A stretch of DNA of 64,000 nt from an uncultured Bacillota bacterium (GTDB lineage Bacteria > Bacillota > Clostridia > Christensenellales > UBA1242), in the NCBI GenBank assembly GCA_900544595.1, contig UQVQ01000005.1, positions 7,440 through 71,439 of the forward strand. The letters run 5' to 3'. The position numbers were made by a program, and so were the translations under genes. The number at the start of each line of letters is the position of its first letter. Positions within the stretch are counted from its first letter, which is position 1. The notes under the pieces were generated by a model that saw only the letters and a program-made list of their open reading frames with translations, did not search any database and had not been told where the DNA came from. Shown piece by piece: positions 1 through 9,066 of the stretch.

Positions 1-3000
1 TGCAATTCTTGTTATCTATAACAAAGCAAAGGGCACAATTGCGGAAATTAAACTTGAAGCAAAGAGCCCAATTGAAATTGATGAAAAAACAAGTTTCTCC
101 GGAGAAATATTTGCAGATGTTGAATATGATGTTAAGAATTGGCTTACTATCAAAAATAACAAAGAATTATTAGATCAAACAGAGTTAGATAAATTAGCAT
201 GGGAAATTGATGCTCCTGAAAACTGCGCAACAGTTGGTGTTCCTGGAGTTAGTGGTTTTGGAATAACATTTAATCCAGTTGCTTCAAACAAAGAAATAAA
301 AATAACAGTTAAAGTTTGGGGCGGGGTTTTAAGCGGAACAGAAGAAAGCAATCCATGCATTAAGGAAATAAACTTAACAATTCGTCCAAAACTTGTTGAA
401 AAAACTGGTAGTTCAAAAACAGAAAATGCAAATACAACTTTTGATGTTTCATTAGGAGAAATTCTTAAATTTAACCCTGGAGCAGATAATTCCCTTTCTG
501 GATATAAGTTTACAGCAACAATTTCTTGGAACGGAGAAACTGGCGAAAGTTTGAAGTTTGGAAATTCCTTAGAGGTTGAAACGAGATATGATTCGGTTGA
601 CTTTAGTAGCCTTGTTGACGATGACGCGAAAATCTTTATGACTGTTTCTCATGTTGCATCGCAAAGACTTGCAACTTTAACAGTTGTTGTTGCTAAATAT
701 GACGAAAACAACAACATCATTGGGGAAAGCATAACTGCTCAAATGCAAATAACAATTAACCCTGTTTATACATTAGAAATTAACTATCCAAATTACGGAA
801 TTGGAACAGGCGCTGGATTCGATCGCGAAGCAGTTTATGTTGAGCAAAAAATTTCAGGAGCAAATTATGCTCTTGACCTTCTTCAAGGAGATAGAATTGA
901 AGTTACTGGGGGAAAAGGAGTTGCCGATATTGAATTCAGCTCTAGCTCAGAATATATTAGTGTTACAAGCGATGGAAAAATAAAAATAAATAATAATGCA
1001 AAAACAAGCGGACAAAACATTTATGTTTCAGTTGATATTAAAATCAAGGGAACAAACATTATTCTTGGCTCCTACAACTTGATTCTTTCGCCAACAAAGG
1101 TTTTAAGCGTTTCGTTCCCAGGAACAGAAAGCGCAAACCCAAGCGAAATAACAATAACAATTCCAGACACCGAACTTCCTTCGGAAAACAAAATTTTCAA
1201 CCTTGACGACGGATATGTTCAAGTTGAAATGAAGCAAAACACATACAACTTTGGAAAAGTTTCATTTGAAGTTTTTGCAAAACAAAAATATTCATATTTC
1301 AGAACTACTGACCTTCAACCAGTAACAGTTTACGCTCTTGGCGGGACAAAAGCACAATTTGCAAAACTTTTCATCTTGGAAAACCCTGCTGGCGGCACGG
1401 TTAGCGTCGAAGCTACAACTGAAGATTTAAAAGGCGTTGTTTCAAGAAACATTCTTGGTCAAGACAACGACGACGAAATTTGCACGGTTTCCGCTGACGG
1501 AAACATTGTCTTCACGAAAGAAGGAATTTGGCCAATTGAAGTAATAACTGGGAAAGAACCAAACCAAAAAACAAACACTTATTATGTTAGAGTTGTTAAA
1601 ACCGGAGATTCTTATAGAGCAACTTACTATAAAGAGTTAACAGGAATTGACCAAGGAAAACTTGCGCTTAGATCAATTTTCGGAAGCATTTCAAATGAAG
1701 ATATGTATGAATTCTATGTTTCTTCAGTTTCTCAAAACACAATTGGACTTGAAGCAATTCAAGGGCTTGATGTTATTCAACCTTCTTCCAACATAATTTT
1801 CACCTACACATTTGGAAGAGAAACATATGTGATTCCTTTTGCAGTTGGCGTTGAAAAGTTTAATAAAGATGGCACCGCTCTTAGTGGTTTAACATACGCA
1901 AATGAATATAAAAACGAAAAAACTCTCAGAATTTCAAACGAATATGGAACAAATGTTGGAACATACGCCTACACTCTTGTTCGTGACTTCAAATTCGACG
2001 ACACGTTGATTGAAAACATTACTTTAAAAACAGTTGGCAATAAAAATGTTCCAGAAAATCCTTCAACATTAAATGAATATAATGTTGGCGAATTTAATGG
2101 TTATGCTGTATATGCAAATGAAGAAAAGGAAATTAAAAATATATATAAGTTCACCAAAACAATTGAACTTATTGCAGGAACGTCTTACGACCTTGTTCGA
2201 GATATTTTAATAACCGAACTTGGAATGACAAAATTCGATTTAACTCCATATGAAAAAACACTTACTCTTAACCTTGAATTTGGGAATTATGTTTCCAACA
2301 GCAATTTCACTACCAATATGTCGGGACTTCTTGGAATTGTTGAGAAAGAAAAAGACGGCTCAAGAATTGTTAACTATGAAATTGTTCCTCGTGGGGCACA
2401 AAACGGCGGCGATATTATTCACCTTAAACTAGAAATTGGCGGAGAAGACAGCAACGATGTTTACTACTTGCGAATTAAAATTATTCCAAGTGCTAAAATT
2501 CAATCGCTTTCAGTTTCGGGAGATAAAATTGTTAACTGTGAAGAAGGTGCGCAAGGCGAGGCATCAATAACAAGAGTTTATCTTTCCGACTTAATTCAAG
2601 TTGAAAACATCAACGATGTAAGTCAGCTTACTGCAAGCGTTGTTTCAAACGATTCAGCAGGCTATGTTCTTGGATTAGGCACAAACTGCATCGAAGAATT
2701 TAACAATGGAAAAACAGGGCTTGAAGCCTATGGCTTACGCCTTAAAGCAACAAATCTTGGTGGCGCGCAAATCAAAATTATAATAAGAGATAAGTTTGGC
2801 TATCAAGTTACCGATTCTTCTGGAGAACCAATAACAATAACTCTCCATTATAAGAAGACGGACGGAACAAGTGTTGAACTTAATAAATCTAACTCTTCAA
2901 GCGAAATTTATGAAGGCGACACTTTCTCAATTTGGGCAGTTGCCTATGACGAAAAGAATAACAAAGATGTTTATGCGCGATACATCAGCGATGGAAATTG

Positions 3001-6000
3001 GGAAGGAGAACAAGATGAACAAGGCTTTAACGAATTCTGGGCACATTCCGACAATGCAAACAAACAACTTATTCTTCTTGACAACATAACTTTTGGTCAT
3101 GATGCAAATGACAATTTAACACAACCAAGAGCAATCGTTTCAATTTCGCAAAGTGCTGAACTTACAACAATAAACAGCGGAATTTTAAACGGAATGACAA
3201 TTAACTACGTTTCAAACACGAATTTCACAGAGGAAAAAATTTCTGGAAATAACTTTGTTGTTAGAGTTTCCGACAACACCGAAACAATTTCGTTCAACCT
3301 TTCAACAACAATTAAACAAAGATATAAGATTATAACTAAAGATCCATATAATAAGTATTCCACTATATATATTCCTATTAAATGGAATGGAACTCAATAT
3401 GATAAAGTCATAAATCCAACTCCAATAGGTTCGAGCGGCAACGTTTTCCAAGTTTACGATAATAAGACTGGGCAACAAGTGTCGACTGTAACAATAAATG
3501 GATTCTCAAAAGATGGTTATAAACAAATTGGAAATTCTGTAACTTACAATAATTTCCTTGTTCAAGACGGAAGCGGAATATGGGAAGGAACTTACAAAAT
3601 TACGATAAATGGTCAGCAAATTACTGACAACACCTTTAAATTTAACTATCAATATGTAAGTCAATATGTTGGAATTGACACATCCGATGCAAACATGTAT
3701 ACAGAGTATGGACTTGTTATTTCAGGAACTGAGGGCACCGTTACAGCAAACAACTTAAGCATGGTTAAACTTGTTGACTATTATGGAAATAAAACAGGTT
3801 TAGCAGCTGCAGGTGCTGGCTTCACAGACCTTGGCAACGGAAAAACAATAACCGCAGGCGGAACAATTAGTGTTAATTTCTATGGCGACAAGCACGCCCA
3901 CGGCAGCAGTGGCATAACTTCAATTAATGTCTATCGCAGCCCATACACTGGAATTAAAGTTACAAAAGGAGATATTGCGGGAACAACAAAATTGCCTTTC
4001 TCAAACGGCTCAAATGGCTGGGGAGATAAAATTAAAGCAACTCCAGGAATAGGAGGAAATGCAAGCGGGGATAACTTAACCGCTGGCGGCGGATTCAACT
4101 ATGGAATCCTATTCGCAAACGGAAATGGCGCGCAAATCTTACTTGACGCAACAACACATAAATATAACATTGAAGTTGGAGCAAATTGCACCGAAATTAC
4201 CCTTAATATCACCTATTTGAACATCTCAATTGGAATGGTTAAATTAACATTTAGTAATAATAAATGGTCAATCGACGGGCAAAGCGGAAAGCTATTAACA
4301 GGACCTGGGGACGGTGCATCATATGAATGGAATGCCGAAGGTGGACACTATATTTTAAATGGTGTCCCAGATCCAGGAACTACAACAAATATTTTGTTTA
4401 TTCCTGCGGAAGTTAATGGACGGAAACTTGTTTTGGGCGAAACAATCAGAGACATTGAAAAATATAAAATTGTTATATTTGTTTCAACTTCAAACGAACC
4501 AGGCAAGGACACAAGCGGAAACCCAACAAACGGGGAAACATGGGGGGTAAAGAAAGACCAATCTAACACAATTAGTTTCCAAAGAGTTCAAGGCGTTTGG
4601 CGTCAGTTGTTTACTGTTACAATTAACGCCAACGGCGGAACGCTTTCTGGGAATTCCGATTGGACAATTTCAGGAGGCACTGCAACCAAACAAGTTCCAT
4701 ATGGAACAGTTGTTGGAACTCTTCCAACCGCAACACCTTACTCTAAAACTGGTTACGACGTTGCATTTGATAAATTCTACGACTCAGAATCTGGCGGCAA
4801 CGAAGTTAATTCAAACAAAACAATTGAAGCTTCTTTAACCATTTATGCAAGATACACGGAAGTTGCAAAAACCTACACAGTTACTATTCGAGTTGTTAAC
4901 GGAACAATTCCAGAAACAAACGGTTGGACAGTTGCAGCCGACGGAAAATCTGCAACAAAAGTTGTAACCTACGATTCACCCTATGGAACTCTTCCAGAGC
5001 TAGAAGACTACACCGTTGCCAGCGAAGTTGGCTACACATATGTTTTTGCAGGTTGGAAACTTAGCGAAGACGAAAGCGCTTCAATAATTGATGGCGACGA
5101 AACCCTGGTTAAAACAGACGGCAACCACGAACTTTATGCGAAATATACTAAAACGCCAAATAAATATAAGATTACATTTAACAAAAACGGCGGAACAGGC
5201 GGAACAGACGAAGTTTGGTTTATTTATGACGAAGAAGGATATATAAACGGAGGAAAAATCTATTTCGACGAGGCATGCACAATTGAGCTTTCTTCGTCAA
5301 ACTTTGTGGCTCCAACAAAAGACGGATATGAATTTAACTGCTACGTTGATAGCTCTGGGAATCATGCAATAATTGACAATGACGGAACTTATGATGCAGA
5401 AGACGACCAAAGCCAAGTTTTCCAATATCCATACGATCTTACATTCGACGCAGTTTGGATTAAAAAGGTTACGATAACCTTTGATCCAGGCTTGGGAGGC
5501 TCTGTTTCACCGAAAACCCAAGAAGTTCTTTACGGGAGAAGTTATGGAACTCTTCCAACTCCAACGAAGAGTAGAGTGGGATACACTGTTACATTCAAAG
5601 GCTGGTTTACAGCATCTTCCGGCGGAAATAAGGTTGAGCAAACAACAACAGTTACAAACGAATCCGATCACACACTTTATGCACAATGGGAAGAAACCGC
5701 AAATTCGTATACGGTTACAGTTGATGCATGTGGCGGGGAAATAACGTTCCCAAGCAATTCAGGTTGGGGCAGTTCAATCGAAAAAAATTCTGCATTTAGA
5801 AGTATTCAATATGGTTCAGCATATAATCTCCCAACAACAGTAACAAAAAGCGGATATACTTTCCTTGGGTGGTATACGGCGGAAACCGGAGGATCTAAAG
5901 TTGAAAGCTCGGGCACGATGTTAACTGCATCTAACCACACGCTTTATGCGCATTGGGAACTTAAAACAGTAACTGTAACTGTTACAGGAACATCAACCCC

Positions 6001-6253
6001 TGCAGGAACTGGATATTCATTTATGGCTGAAACTACTCTTAATGGGGAGACTTTTCAATTTACGATTGGTGGTGCATATGGCGCTTGGAATGCTAGCATG
6101 AAAATTGGATCTAATTATAGTTCTACACTTGACTATGGCGGCGGGACAATTCCAACGAACTGTGGTCCATTAACTTATACCGCTGGTGGCTACACTGTTA
6201 CAGCAACAAAGGCTGGAGATCAAGTTACATTTGTTATCCAAGCTGCCCAATAG
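1..6253 (+). CDS. Giant secreted/cell-surface protein, 5'-truncated by the window edge (2083 codons visible, codon_start 2). The C-terminus carries five Listeria-Bacteroides (Flg_new-type) repeats.
   Basis: I translated the frame of the track ORF 551..6253 by hand upstream to base 2 and found no stop. The track start at 551 is only the first TTG. The body is Ig-like and beta-rich (T/N/G/V-rich). The C-terminal repeats end in LYA(K/Q/H)(Y/W). TAG stop at 6251-6253. Confidence 0.85.
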   Translation, partial: AILVIYNKAKGTIAEIKLEAKSPIEIDEKTSFSGEIFADVEYDVKNWLTIKNNKELLDQTELDKLAWEIDAPENCATVGVPGVSGFGITFNPVASNKEIKITVKVWGGVLSGTEESNPCIKEINLTIRPKLVEKTGSSKTENANTTFDVSLGEILKFNPGADNSLSGYKFTATISWNGETGESLKFGNSLEVETRYDSVDFSSLVDDDAKIFMTVSHVASQRLATLTVVVAKYDENNNIIGESITAQMQITINPVYTLEINYPNYGIGTGAGFDREAVYVEQKISGANYALDLLQGDRIEVTGGKGVADIEFSSSSEYISVTSDGKIKINNNAKTSGQNIYVSVDIKIKGTNIILGSYNLILSPTKVLSVSFPGTESANPSEITITIPDTELPSENKIFNLDDGYVQVEMKQNTYNFGKVSFEVFAKQKYSYFRTTDLQPVTVYALGGTKAQFAKLFILENPAGGTVSVEATTEDLKGVVSRNILGQDNDDEICTVSADGNIVFTKEGIWPIEVITGKEPNQKTNTYYVRVVKTGDSYRATYYKELTGIDQGKLALRSIFGSISNEDMYEFYVSSVSQNTIGLEAIQGLDVIQPSSNIIFTYTFGRETYVIPFAVGVEKFNKDGTALSGLTYANEYKNEKTLRISNEYGTNVGTYAYTLVRDFKFDDTLIENITLKTVGNKNVPENPSTLNEYNVGEFNGYAVYANEEKEIKNIYKFTKTIELIAGTSYDLVRDILITELGMTKFDLTPYEKTLTLNLEFGNYVSNSNFTTNMSGLLGIVEKEKDGSRIVNYEIVPRGAQNGGDIIHLKLEIGGEDSNDVYYLRIKIIPSAKIQSLSVSGDKIVNCEEGAQGEASITRVYLSDLIQVENINDVSQLTASVVSNDSAGYVLGLGTNCIEEFNNGKTGLEAYGLRLKATNLGGAQIKIIIRDKFGYQVTDSSGEPITITLHYKKTDGTSVELNKSNSSSEIYEGDTFSIWAVAYDEKNNKDVYARYISDGNWEGEQDEQGFNEFWAHSDNANKQLILLDNITFGHDANDNLTQPRAIVSISQSAELTTINSGILNGMTINYVSNTNFTEEKISGNNFVVRVSDNTETISFNLSTTIKQRYKIITKDPYNKYSTIYIPIKWNGTQYDKVINPTPIGSSGNVFQVYDNKTGQQVSTVTINGFSKDGYKQIGNSVTYNNFLVQDGSGIWEGTYKITINGQQITDNTFKFNYQYVSQYVGIDTSDANMYTEYGLVISGTEGTVTANNLSMVKLVDYYGNKTGLAAAGAGFTDLGNGKTITAGGTISVNFYGDKHAHGSSGITSINVYRSPYTGIKVTKGDIAGTTKLPFSNGSNGWGDKIKATPGIGGNASGDNLTAGGGFNYGILFANGNGAQILLDATTHKYNIEVGANCTEITLNITYLNISIGMVKLTFSNNKWSIDGQSGKLLTGPGDGASYEWNAEGGHYILNGVPDPGTTTNILFIPAEVNGRKLVLGETIRDIEKYKIVIFVSTSNEPGKDTSGNPTNGETWGVKKDQSNTISFQRVQGVWRQLFTVTINANGGTLSGNSDWTISGGTATKQVPYGTVVGTLPTATPYSKTGYDVAFDKFYDSESGGNEVNSNKTIEASLTIYARYTEVAKTYTVTIRVVNGTIPETNGWTVAADGKSATKVVTYDSPYGTLPELEDYTVASEVGYTYVFAGWKLSEDESASIIDGDETLVKTDGNHELYAKYTKTPNKYKITFNKNGGTGGTDEVWFIYDEEGYINGGKIYFDEACTIELSSSNFVAPTKDGYEFNCYVDSSGNHAIIDNDGTYDAEDDQSQVFQYPYDLTFDAVWIKKVTITFDPGLGGSVSPKTQEVLYGRSYGTLPTPTKSRVGYTVTFKGWFTASSGGNKVEQTTTVTNESDHTLYAQWEETANSYTVTVDACGGEITFPSNSGWGSSIEKNSAFRSIQYGSAYNLPTTVTKSGYTFLGWYTAETGGSKVESSGTMLTASNHTLYAHWELKTVTVTVTGTSTPAGTGYSFMAETTLNGETFQFTIGGAYGAWNASMKIGSNYSSTLDYGGGTIPTNCGPLTYTAGGYTVTATKAGDQVTFVIQAAQ
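4610..5956 (+). repeat. Five tandem ~75-100 aa Listeria-Bacteroides (Flg_new/InlB B-repeat-like) protein repeats inside the giant CDS
   Basis: Each unit starts with a (Y)T(V/I)T(F/V)..NGG-type strand. Each contains the GY.F.GW(Y/F)....GG.KV core (e.g. SGYTFLGWYTAETGGSKVESS) and ends with H.LYAxW. Confidence 0.7.
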
Positions 6254-6275
6254 TGCGGCGAAACCTATTTAAAAT

Positions 6276-6307
6276 AAAAAAAGAATGGCGAAAGCCGTTC
6301 TTTTTTG
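6276..6307 (+). terminator. Rho-independent terminator after the giant CDS
   Basis: The stem GAATGGC (6283-6289) pairs with GCCGTTC (6294-6300) with one G-U pair. The loop is GAAA and is followed by TTTTTT. Confidence 0.65.
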
Positions 6308-6399
6308 TTGCAATTTTTTTGTTATTTTAAACAAAAAGATTTTTATATTTTTTTTGGCAAGGGAGTTAAATTTGCGCACTGAAAAGTTTTAAATTTTTG

Positions 6400-6428
6400 T
6401 TGACACTTTAAACTTAGTATGCTAATAT
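6400..6428 (+). promoter_or_regulatory. SigmaA-type promoter of the rpmG-secE-nusG cluster
   Basis: TTGACA (6400-6405), a 17-nt spacer, then TAATAT (6423-6428), about 65 nt upstream of the rpmG ATG. Confidence 0.6.
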
Positions 6429-6492
6429 TATATAGCATCCTAGGTTCGGGGTGTTTTTTCTAGAACCGAACTTAGAGTTTTAAGGAGAAAAT

Positions 6493-6660
6493 ATGGCAAA
6501 GAAAAATTTAGCAAGAACTTACATCACACTTGCTTGCACAGAATGCAAAGAAAGAAATTATGCAACAATCAAAAATAAGAAAAATGATGCTGACAGAATT
6601 GAACTCAGCAAGCATTGCCCACGTTGCAACAAGCACACAGTTCATAAAGAAACAAAATAA
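6493..6660 (+). CDS. rpmG: 50S ribosomal protein L33 (zinc-ribbon type), 55 aa; below the ORF-track size cut-off
   Basis: Hand translation gives [55 protein letters not shown]. The RBS AAGGAG lies 6 nt upstream. The position immediately 5' of secE-nusG is the conserved one. Confidence 0.9.
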   Translation: MAKKNLARTYITLACTECKERNYATIKNKKNDADRIELSKHCPRCNKHTVHKETK

Positions 6661-6678
6661 TTAAAATAGGAGATTGAA

Positions 6679-7185
6679 ATGGGAAAGAAAAACAAGAAAA
6701 AAACAATCCCTGCTTTAAATAATTCTGGGAAACAACAAGACTCTGTTGTTCTTGAAGGCGAAGCAGTTGAATCTCAAGTTCAAAACGAAGAAGTTTTAGC
6801 CGAAGAAAACCAAGCAGAGCCAGAAAAAGTTTCGAAGAAAGAAGCTAAGGCGCAAAAAGATAAGAAAGTTAAAAAGGAAAAGAAACCAAGCAAAGCAGGA
6901 AAAAGAGCAAAAGAAACTTTTTCCGAACTTAAAAAGGTAACTTGGCCAACATTCCCAAAGGTTGTTAAACAAACAGGAATTGTTTTGGCGGTTGTTCTTT
7001 TCTTTGGTGTTGTTCTTTTTGCCTTCGACTATATTTTGAAGTTTCTCTTCAAACTTATGAACAGCCAAACCTACACACAAACAGAGCTTTGGTTAACAGT
7101 TGGACTTGCAGGAGCGATTGTTGTTGGCGCAATTATTTGGATCACAATTTGGCTTGTTAAAAGAAACAAAAAGGAGAACAAATAA
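6679..7185 (+). CDS. secE: Preprotein translocase subunit SecE, atypically long (168 aa) with a K/E-rich N-terminal extension and an extra C-terminal TM helix
   Basis: SecE core ETFSELKKVTWPTFPKVVKQTGIVLAVVLFFGVVLFAFDYIL. The gene sits between rpmG and nusG. RBS AGGAG. Confidence 0.85.
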   Translation: MGKKNKKKTIPALNNSGKQQDSVVLEGEAVESQVQNEEVLAEENQAEPEKVSKKEAKAQKDKKVKKEKKPSKAGKRAKETFSELKKVTWPTFPKVVKQTGIVLAVVLFFGVVLFAFDYILKFLFKLMNSQTYTQTELWLTVGLAGAIVVGAIIWITIWLVKRNKKENK

Positions 7186-7793
7186 TGGAAGAAAACAAAA
7201 CTGAGCTTAGTGAAGCAGTTGAAGACGTTAAAGAAGAAACTGCTCGCGAAAAGTTTGAAATAAGTCCTTTAAGAAACAGTCCAGATTCAAAATGGTATGT
7301 TCTTCACACGTTTTCGGGGTATGAGCAGGTTGCAAAAGACAATCTTGAAACAGTTGTTGAAAAGTTCAATCTTCAAGACAGAATTTTCGACATTATAATT
7401 CCAATGGAAGATGTTATTGAAGAGAAAAACGGTAAACGTAAACTTGTTTCAAAGAAAATTATGCCTTGCTATTTGCTTGTTAAAATGATTTATGGCGACG
7501 ATTTGTGGCATAACATAACAAGAACAAGAGGGATCACAGGATTTGTTGGACCAAAAGGAAGACCTCTTGCATTAACAGAAGACGAAATTCGAAAGATGCG
7601 TCTTGAAAAAGTTGACATTAACATTTCGCTTGAAGTTGGCGATAAGATTGAAGTTATCGACGGGCCTCTTATGAATATGATTGGAACAGTTATGGCTGTT
7701 GACGGCGAAAACAGAAGAGCAAAAGTTAATGTTGAAATGTTTGGGCGTGAAACCCCAGTTGATTTGGATTTCAGCCAAATTAAAAAATTCTAG
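7185..7793 (+). CDS. nusG: Transcription termination/antitermination factor NusG
   Basis: The NGN domain (KWYVLHTFSGYEQVAKDNLE) and KOW motif (GDKIEVIDGPLMNMIGTVMAVD) are present. A TAATG overlap with secE suggests translational coupling. Confidence 0.95.
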   Translation: MEENKTELSEAVEDVKEETAREKFEISPLRNSPDSKWYVLHTFSGYEQVAKDNLETVVEKFNLQDRIFDIIIPMEDVIEEKNGKRKLVSKKIMPCYLLVKMIYGDDLWHNITRTRGITGFVGPKGRPLALTEDEIRKMRLEKVDINISLEVGDKIEVIDGPLMNMIGTVMAVDGENRRAKVNVEMFGRETPVDLDFSQIKKF

Positions 7794-7893
7794 TTGGTTT
7801 TACCGCGTGGAATACGCGTTAAAATAAATAAAATCAGTGGGAGAAACGGTTAAATTAGTCATTCCGTTTTGCTAAGACCACAAAGGAGGAAAT

Positions 7894-8319
7894 ATGGCTA
7901 AGAAAATCAATGCAATTGTTAAACTTCAATTGCCAGCCGGTAAAGCAACTCCTGGACCACCAGTAGGTTCTTCTCTTGGTCCTCATGGAATCAATATTGC
8001 AGGCTTTACCAAAGAATTTAATGAGAAAACTGCGTCTCAAGCAGGTCTCATTATCCCGGTTGTTATAACCATCTATCAAGACAGATCGTTTGATTTCGTT
8101 CTTAAAACTCCACCAGCTGCTGTTTTAATTAAGAAAGCGATCAACATTGAATCAGGTTCTGCAAAACCTAACAAACAAAAAGTCGGAACAATCAAAAGAG
8201 ATAAGATTAGAGAAATCGCAACTCTTAAAATGCCAGACCTTAATGCATCAAGCATTGAGCAAGCAATGAAAATGATTGAAGGCAGCGCACGCAGCATGGG
8301 CGTTGTTGTTGAAGACTAA
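7894..8319 (+). CDS. rplK: 50S ribosomal protein L11
   Basis: [35 protein letters not shown]... is the canonical L11 N-terminus. RBS AAGGAGG. Confidence 0.97.
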   Translation: MAKKINAIVKLQLPAGKATPGPPVGSSLGPHGINIAGFTKEFNEKTASQAGLIIPVVITIYQDRSFDFVLKTPPAAVLIKKAINIESGSAKPNKQKVGTIKRDKIREIATLKMPDLNASSIEQAMKMIEGSARSMGVVVED

Positions 8320-8331
8320 GGAGGCGCTTAA

Positions 8332-9012
8332 ATGAAAAGAGGTAAGAACTATGTAAGCGCAGCCAGCGCAATTGATAAAACAAAACAATATGAAACTTTG
8401 GAAGCTATGGACCTTGTTATCAGCGGTTCAAAAGCAAAGTTCGACGAAACAGTTGAAGCACACTTCCGCCTTGGTGTTGACGGCCGAAATGCCGACCAAC
8501 AAGTTCGTGGGGTTGTTGTTCTTCCACACGGAACAGGAAAATCTGTTAAAGTTTTAGTAATCGCAAAAGGCGAGAAAGCAAAAGAAGCTCAAGAAGCAGG
8601 CGCAGATTTTGTTGGAGCAGAAGACATGATTGAAAAAATCCAAAAAGAAAACTGGGTAGATTTCGATGTATGTATCACAACTCCAGACATGATGGGCTTG
8701 GTTGGACGTATTGCTAGAATCCTTGGACCTAAAGGTCTTATGCCTAACCCAAAAAGCGGAACTGTAACAATGGACGTTAAAAAAGCAATCAGCGATGTTA
8801 AAGCTGGTAAAGTTGAATATCGTCTTGACAAAACAAACAATATCCACGTTATCATTGGAAAAGTAAGCTTTGGAAAAGAAAAATTGGCAGAAAACTTTGA
8901 AGTTATCTTGGCAGCAATCAATAAAGCTCGCCCAGCAGCTGCAAAAGGAACCTACATTAAATCTGCAACACTTGCAACAACAATGGGACCTGGCGTTAAA
9001 GTTAGAGCATAA
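8332..9012 (+). CDS. rplA: 50S ribosomal protein L1
   Basis: L1 motifs are present: [27 protein letters not shown] and [15 protein letters not shown]. The gene is adjacent to rplK. Confidence 0.97.
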   Translation: MKRGKNYVSAASAIDKTKQYETLEAMDLVISGSKAKFDETVEAHFRLGVDGRNADQQVRGVVVLPHGTGKSVKVLVIAKGEKAKEAQEAGADFVGAEDMIEKIQKENWVDFDVCITTPDMMGLVGRIARILGPKGLMPNPKSGTVTMDVKKAISDVKAGKVEYRLDKTNNIHVIIGKVSFGKEKLAENFEVILAAINKARPAAAKGTYIKSATLATTMGPGVKVRA

Positions 9013-9034
9013 ATTTTTAACAATAACAAATACT

Positions 9035-9065
9035 AACTCCGAAATCAATTTTCGGAGTTTTTTAT
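9035..9065 (+). terminator. Rho-independent terminator after rplA
   Basis: A 10-bp stem: AACTCCGAAA (9035-9044) pairs with TTTCGGAGTT (9050-9059). The loop is 5 nt and is followed by a T-run. Confidence 0.75.
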
Positions 9066-9066
9066 T

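Noticed and set aside
551-553. TTG at 551 given by the ORF track as the start of the 1900-aa ORF
   Set aside because: The frame is open to base 2 and no RBS precedes 551. The upstream translation continues the same domain-like sequence, so the gene is 5'-truncated by the window and does not start here.
7794-7893. A possible L1-binding autoregulatory structure in the rplK leader
   Set aside because: The 100-nt leader contains GGGAGA and TAAGAC elements. I cannot fold a convincing mimic of the 23S L1 site by eye, and a covariance-model search is required.
8554-9048. Long antisense ORFs inside confirmed genes. Examples are 8554..9048 and 8589..8921 opposite rplA, 48924..49487 and 48258..48641 opposite gyrB, 12598..12915 opposite the 905-aa gene, and 46309..46659 opposite gyrA.
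   Set aside because: These are shadow ORFs on the antisense strand of strongly supported genes. Their composition is low-complexity and Cys/Phe/Ser-rich, which is typical of antisense translation of AT-rich coding DNA. They have no RBS.
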